A stretch of DNA of 45,897 nt from Myxococcales bacterium (GTDB taxonomy: Bacteria; Myxococcota_A; Polyangia; Polyangiales; Polyangiaceae): contig JAYUXI010000488.1 of the NCBI GenBank assembly GCA_043753085.1, positions 1 through 45,897 on the forward strand, given 5' to 3'. Below are positions 42,263-45,897 of this stretch, in pieces; the stretch's first letter is position 1, and each line of letters starts with the position of its first letter. Under the pieces are notes generated by a model. The model saw only the letters and a program-made list of their open reading frames with translations. It did not search any database and had not been told where the DNA came from. The translations under genes were made by a program, and so were the position numbers.

Positions 42263-43663
42263 ATGAACATCAAGAAATTGCTCATCGCCAATCGCGGCGA
42301 GATCGCCCGGCGGGTCATCCGCACCGCGAGGCGCCTCGGCATCCAGACCGTGGCCGTCTACTCCGACGCCGACGAGAAATCGCCGCACGTCCGCGAGGCC
42401 GACGAGGCCGTGCGCCTCGGTCCTGGGCCGGCCAAGGAGTCGTACTTGAACGTGGCCGCCATGACCGCGGCGATCCGGCACACCGGCGCCGACGCGGTGC
42501 ATCCGGGCTATGGCTTCTTGAGTGAGAATGCCGACTTCGCGCGCCGCGTAGCCGAGGCCGGCGCGGTCTTCGTGGGCCCGCCGCCCGCAGTGCTCGAGGC
42601 CTTCGGCGACAAAATGAAGGCCCGCGCCGTGGCGCTGGCCGCGGGCACAAGACCGGTCCCCGGCACCGACACGCCGATCGATCTAGGTACGGCAGTAGGC
42701 CTCGCCGAGGCAAAGCGCGTCGCCGGTGTGGTCGGCTATCCGGTCGTGGTCAAAGCCGTCGGCGGCGGCGGAGGCATCGGCATGCAGGTCGTACAAGAAG
42801 AAGCCGGCCTGGAAAAGGCGCTCACGGCGTGCAGCAACCGCGGCGCCGCCAGCTTCTCGGATGCGCGCGTGTACCTCGAGCGATACGTGAGCAAGCCACG
42901 CCACATCGAGGTGCAGGTGTTCTGCGACGCGCACGGTAATGCGTACGCGCTCGGCGAGCGTGAGTGCAGTCTGCAGCGAAGGCACCAGAAGATCGTCGAA
43001 GAGTCGCCGTCGCCGGCGCCGTTCTTCCGCGGCGTCGAAGGCGAAGCTCGGCGCCAGAAACTCTTTGCCGACGCGCTGCGTGTGGTCACCCAGGTGGGCT
43101 ACGTGGGCGCCGGTACCTGCGAGTTCGTGGCAGACGCCGAGGGAACGCTGTTTTTTCTCGAAGTCAACGCCCGCCTGCAAGTCGAGCACCCAGTCACCGA
43201 GATGGTCACCGGCCTGGATCTCGTCGAGTTGCAGCTGCTCGTGGCCGATGGCAAGGCGCTGCCGGATCTATCCGGTGTGACGCCGCGCGGTCACGCCATC
43301 GAGACTCGCATCTACGCCGAAGATCCGGCGAAGGGCTTCCTCCCCAAGCCAGGTCCTATCGAGGTGATGACGTGGCTTGGCGGCCGCGGCGAGGTCCTCT
43401 CGGCCGAAGAGCGCGTCGAGTCTGGCTTCGAGGCGCCGTCCACCGTGACGCCGTTCTACGATCCGATGATCGCCAAATTGATCACGTGGGGCGACACCCG
43501 CGAGGCCGCCACCGCGAAACTGGCCGCCGCGCTCGCCAGCACCACCATCGAGCCCCTCGTCACCAACATGGACTTCGTGCGCCGGATCCTCGCCACGAGC
43601 GAGTTCGTCACCGGCGAGTTCGACACTAAGTTTGCCGAAGCGTTCGCCACGCGCAAAGCTTGA
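42263..43663 (+). CDS. accC: biotin carboxylase (AccC-type ATP-grasp subunit of an acyl-CoA carboxylase)
   Basis: 'MNIKKLLIANRGEIARRVIRTARRLGIQTVAVYSDAD' is the canonical N-terminus. It also has 'HPGYGFLSEN..FA', 'GYPVVVKAVGGGGGIGM', 'ERECSLQRRHQKIVEE' and 'FLEVNARLQVEHPVTE'. The listed 594-aa ORF extends upstream into pseudogene remains. Confidence 0.9.
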   Translation: MNIKKLLIANRGEIARRVIRTARRLGIQTVAVYSDADEKSPHVREADEAVRLGPGPAKESYLNVAAMTAAIRHTGADAVHPGYGFLSENADFARRVAEAGAVFVGPPPAVLEAFGDKMKARAVALAAGTRPVPGTDTPIDLGTAVGLAEAKRVAGVVGYPVVVKAVGGGGGIGMQVVQEEAGLEKALTACSNRGAASFSDARVYLERYVSKPRHIEVQVFCDAHGNAYALGERECSLQRRHQKIVEESPSPAPFFRGVEGEARRQKLFADALRVVTQVGYVGAGTCEFVADAEGTLFFLEVNARLQVEHPVTEMVTGLDLVELQLLVADGKALPDLSGVTPRGHAIETRIYAEDPAKGFLPKPGPIEVMTWLGGRGEVLSAEERVESGFEAPSTVTPFYDPMIAKLITWGDTREAATAKLAAALASTTIEPLVTNMDFVRRILATSEFVTGEFDTKFAEAFATRKA

Positions 43664-43664
43664 G

Positions 43665-43988
43665 TCATTGCAGGGTGCCGCCCGTCGCCAAGCGGTACAC
43701 CTTGGGTTCACAATCGGGGCCGTTGGGACCTGCCGATTCCGTGTGGGTTACATCGAAGGCACCACTGCCTGCCGCGGCGTCGTCGCGGTATGCCTGCACC
43801 TCGATGCGTTTGGCGGAGTCGTCGAGGACGGTGATGGGGCCGAGTGACTGTCCTGTCGACAGCCGCGATCCCGATTGCATCAACACGACGCGAGCGTCGC
43901 CGCAACCGCCTTCGCCTTCCAGAAAATCTATGGAGGCATTGCCTGCCCCCTTTGCAAGATGCTTGCCGCGCACGAACACGCACGGCAT
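43665..43988 (-). CDS. hypothetical protein (107 aa)
   Basis: It has an ATG start and a stop 11 codons upstream in frame. The frame is moderately GC3-rich, and I recognise no motif or signal peptide. Confidence 0.4.
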   Translation of the reverse strand: MPCVFVRGKHLAKGAGNASIDFLEGEGGCGDARVVLMQSGSRLSTGQSLGPITVLDDSAKRIEVQAYRDDAAAGSGAFDVTHTESAGPNGPDCEPKVYRLATGGTLQ

Positions 43989-44167
43989 CCGGGCCCGAGG
44001 CGCGGCGTTACCCTGACATCACTGTCGCTCGGAAGCCCCAATCGCCAGCCGAAGCACAGACCCCCGGCTCCGACGACGACGTGACCGCGTACCCGAGTTC
44101 GCGTGATCTGTCTGCACGTGGGGTACGGTGGTGCCCGTCGCGAACGAACGCGAATCAGGGAGACACC

Positions 44168-44554
44168 ATGACGAAGAAGACGTTTCAGGGGAGCTGCCGC
44201 TGCAAGAAGACCACTTTCGAGGTCGATCTCGACGTTGCGACCGGCACCCATAAGTGCAACTGCACCAGCTGTTGGAAGCACCGGGCTTGGACGCTGCGCG
44301 CCGAGCCCTCGTCGTTCCGCCCACTCACGGGAGACGAAGCGCTCGATTCTTCGAAAAACTTCTGCACCAGTTGCGGGGTGAGCACGTACGCACGCGTTCC
44401 GGCAACGGAGTGGAACCCGAAAGCATACGTGGCGATCCAGGTCGCGGCGCTCGACGATCTCGAGCCCGCCGAGTTGCTCGCCGCAACGGTGACGTATTAC
44501 GACGGCCGCGCGGACAACTGGTGGGAGACGCCGAGCGAGACGCGCCACCTGTGA
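44168..44554 (+). CDS. GFA-family (CENP-V/glutathione-dependent formaldehyde-activating enzyme-like) zinc protein
   Basis: 'GSCRCKKTTFEVDL.....HKCNCTSCWKHRAW' matches the GFA pattern C-x-C ... C-x-C-x2-C, plus 'FCTSCG'. I chose the ATG at 44168. Confidence 0.75.
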   Translation: MTKKTFQGSCRCKKTTFEVDLDVATGTHKCNCTSCWKHRAWTLRAEPSSFRPLTGDEALDSSKNFCTSCGVSTYARVPATEWNPKAYVAIQVAALDDLEPAELLAATVTYYDGRADNWWETPSETRHL

Positions 44555-44687
44555 CCAAGAGCGCGCGGCGCGGTCCGCCTCCCACCCGCGCTTGGTTCTG
44601 AACGAGCTCTCGACGAACGGATGGTGTTTCGCGGAGCGGGCGCAACCCAGTTCCCGCGGCGCTTGCGGTCTGGTAACGATCGCCACG

Positions 44688-45089
44688 ATGATCGTGCGCG
44701 CATTCGCTTCCGTTTCGCTGCTCGTTCTCGGTGCCTGCGGCGATAAGGGCAAAGGCGCATCCGCCAGCGACTCCGGGGTGTTCGACGCGGGACCCGTGGC
44801 GACGGCGTTCACGGCCACGCACAGCTGCGACTGGCGGGCGGCCGCTGGCACCTGCACCGACTTCTCGAACCGGGCCGATCTCGATTTGCACAAGAAAATG
44901 TGCGACGGCTTCAAGGGCACCTTCGCCGAATCTCCGTGCCCGAAGGAAAAACAGGTGGGCAGCTGCGAGGTCGAAAAGGACGAGCGCAAACGCTACTACG
45001 AGGGCGCCGCGTCGCTCACGTTCACCGCGCTCACCGCGCGGGAGAACTGCGAGAGCCCGCACCTCAAAGGAAAGTTTGCGGCGCCGTGA
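44688..45089 (+). CDS. small Cys-rich lipoprotein
   Basis: It starts 'MIVRAFASVSLLVLGAC' with a lipobox. The mature part has six further Cys ('CDW...CTDF...MCDGFKGTF..SPCP....GSCE....RYY........ENC'). Confidence 0.6.
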   Translation: MIVRAFASVSLLVLGACGDKGKGASASDSGVFDAGPVATAFTATHSCDWRAAAGTCTDFSNRADLDLHKKMCDGFKGTFAESPCPKEKQVGSCEVEKDERKRYYEGAASLTFTALTARENCESPHLKGKFAAP

Positions 45090-45176
45090 GCCGAATCACC
45101 GCATGGCGCGTCCATCGTACCTCGCGGCCACACCAGGGCGCGTGACTGCGGAACCTTCAGCACGGGGAACGGATCA

Positions 45177-45897
45177 ATGATCGGACTACGAATCGGGCAC
45201 TTCGTCGCGCTCGGGGCACTGGCCTCGCTGGTCGCCTGCGGCGGCTCGGACACGGAGGGCGCCAAGGTTCCTTCGGACGACACGGTGAAGATCACCGGCG
45301 CCACCCCTGGCCAGATCAAGCTCGGGCGCTTCATCTCGCCGGATGGGCGGCACGCCATCACCCTCGACCGCACCGGCGCCAAGGCCAAGTTGCAAGTCGA
45401 CGGCCAAAAGGACATCGTCGAGCTGACCGAGGTCGAGCTGCGATCGCGTGGCGAGCTCGACGGCTACGACTACGTCGACCCGAACGGCAGAAAGCGCCTC
45501 TTCATCAGCACGTCCGGCGGCCTCTCGTACTTCGACAAGGGCGACGAGCACCCGATGAACTACGACAAGGGCGCCGCAGCGCTCGGCAAGCCCACCATCT
45601 TCGGCGCCCCGAAGAAGGAGGAGGCGCCCTGGAAAGCGCAGTCGACGGACCTCAAGGGCCGCAGCATCGTGGTCAAGCTGCCCGAGCTCAAAGAGGCAGA
45701 CGCGAGCGACCTGAAAAAGGTGGAGCTCGCTTTCGCGAAGGCCGACGCAGGCTCGTTCGTGAAGTACGTCGAGACCAAGAAAGATGGCTGGGTCCCTCGC
45801 CTCGACGTTGCCGCGCAGAACGTGAGCGGCCCTGGGTTCGGTCGCAACAGCTGGAAGACCGACGAGACCGAGCTTGCCAAGCACAAGAAGCTGGCCG
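45177..45897 (+). CDS. hypothetical lipoprotein, N-terminal 240 codons (3' end lies outside the window)
   Basis: This ORF is not in the supplied ORF track because it has no stop within the window. The ATG at 45177 gives 'MIGLRIGHFVALGALASLVAC' with a lipobox, followed by a Lys/Asp/Glu-rich, GC3-rich sequence to the window end. It is much more protein-like than the listed antisense ORF 45186-45884. Confidence 0.6.
   Translation, partial: MIGLRIGHFVALGALASLVACGGSDTEGAKVPSDDTVKITGATPGQIKLGRFISPDGRHAITLDRTGAKAKLQVDGQKDIVELTEVELRSRGELDGYDYVDPNGRKRLFISTSGGLSYFDKGDEHPMNYDKGAAALGKPTIFGAPKKEEAPWKAQSTDLKGRSIVVKLPELKEADASDLKKVELAFAKADAGSFVKYVETKKDGWVPRLDVAAQNVSGPGFGRNSWKTDETELAKHKKLA

Noticed and set aside
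41879-43663. A 594-aa ORF that would fuse a cytochrome-like N-terminus to biotin carboxylase.
   Set aside because: 'MNIKKLLIANRGEIA' at 42263 is the canonical biotin carboxylase N-terminus. The upstream 128 codons are the frame-2 remnant of the disrupted cytochrome gene followed by an Arg-rich read-through, not a real fusion.
44555-44596. An imperfect hairpin (ACCAAG...CTTGGT with a large GC-rich loop) after the GFA gene, considered as a terminator.
   Set aside because: The stem is short and interrupted, the loop is about 30 nt, and the T tract is only TTCT. This is too weak to call.
45186-45884. A 232-aa minus-strand ORF at the window end.
   Set aside because: The plus strand carries an open reading frame from the ATG at 45177, with a textbook lipoprotein signal peptide and a balanced composition. 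The minus-strand translation is Leu/Arg/Ala-rich antisense.

Overview
This is a 45.9-kb window that looks very GC-rich by eye (I did not compute the value). Third codon positions are strongly G/C-biased. That bias produces many long, Arg/Ala/Pro-rich ORFs on the wrong strand or in the wrong frame, and I discarded those. I support about 44 protein-coding genes on both strands. The gene content points to a Myxococcota-like Gram-negative chromosome: many lipoproteins with L-x-x-C lipoboxes, DAG/Pro-rich linkers, a bactofilin, BamA, LptD and a pseudokinase. This taxon call is an inference with no database check behind it. Most genes are housekeeping or envelope functions: thiE-like, ACP, LarE-type PP-loop ATPase, GMC oxidoreductase, bamA, ygfZ, M20 peptidase, kynA, DEAD-box helicase, L,D-transpeptidase, FKBP, PrsW-type protease, sucA, thiS, mpg, bactofilin, lptD, bfr, biotin carboxylase and a GFA-family protein. 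I found no rRNA, tRNA, CRISPR array, transposase, integrase or recognisable defence-system gene, and I cannot point to a clearly new multi-gene system. The best candidates for a second look are as follows. (1) An intact, translationally coupled topoisomerase VI B/A pair, which is rare in bacteria. Both subunits carry histone-H1-like Lys/Ala/Pro tails at the B/A junction. A convergent DUF1697 gene opens with the same 'MAAKKT' basic tag. An unlisted 47-codon ORF with strong coding periodicity sits just upstream. (2) A 3-kb stretch right after that locus holds two apparently broken genes: a lipoprotein with an in-frame TAG and no usable start, and a GntR-coupled cytochrome c/CCP-like gene with an in-frame TGA, two frameshifts and a CxxCR motif. 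(3) An orphan thiS is tightly coupled to an unknown 197-aa protein. (4) There are several unusual domain architectures: a kinase C-lobe-only pseudokinase with a TM segment and periplasmic domain, and a TPR protein fused to a degenerate zincin-like domain. All family assignments come from motifs I recognise by eye. None has been verified by search.
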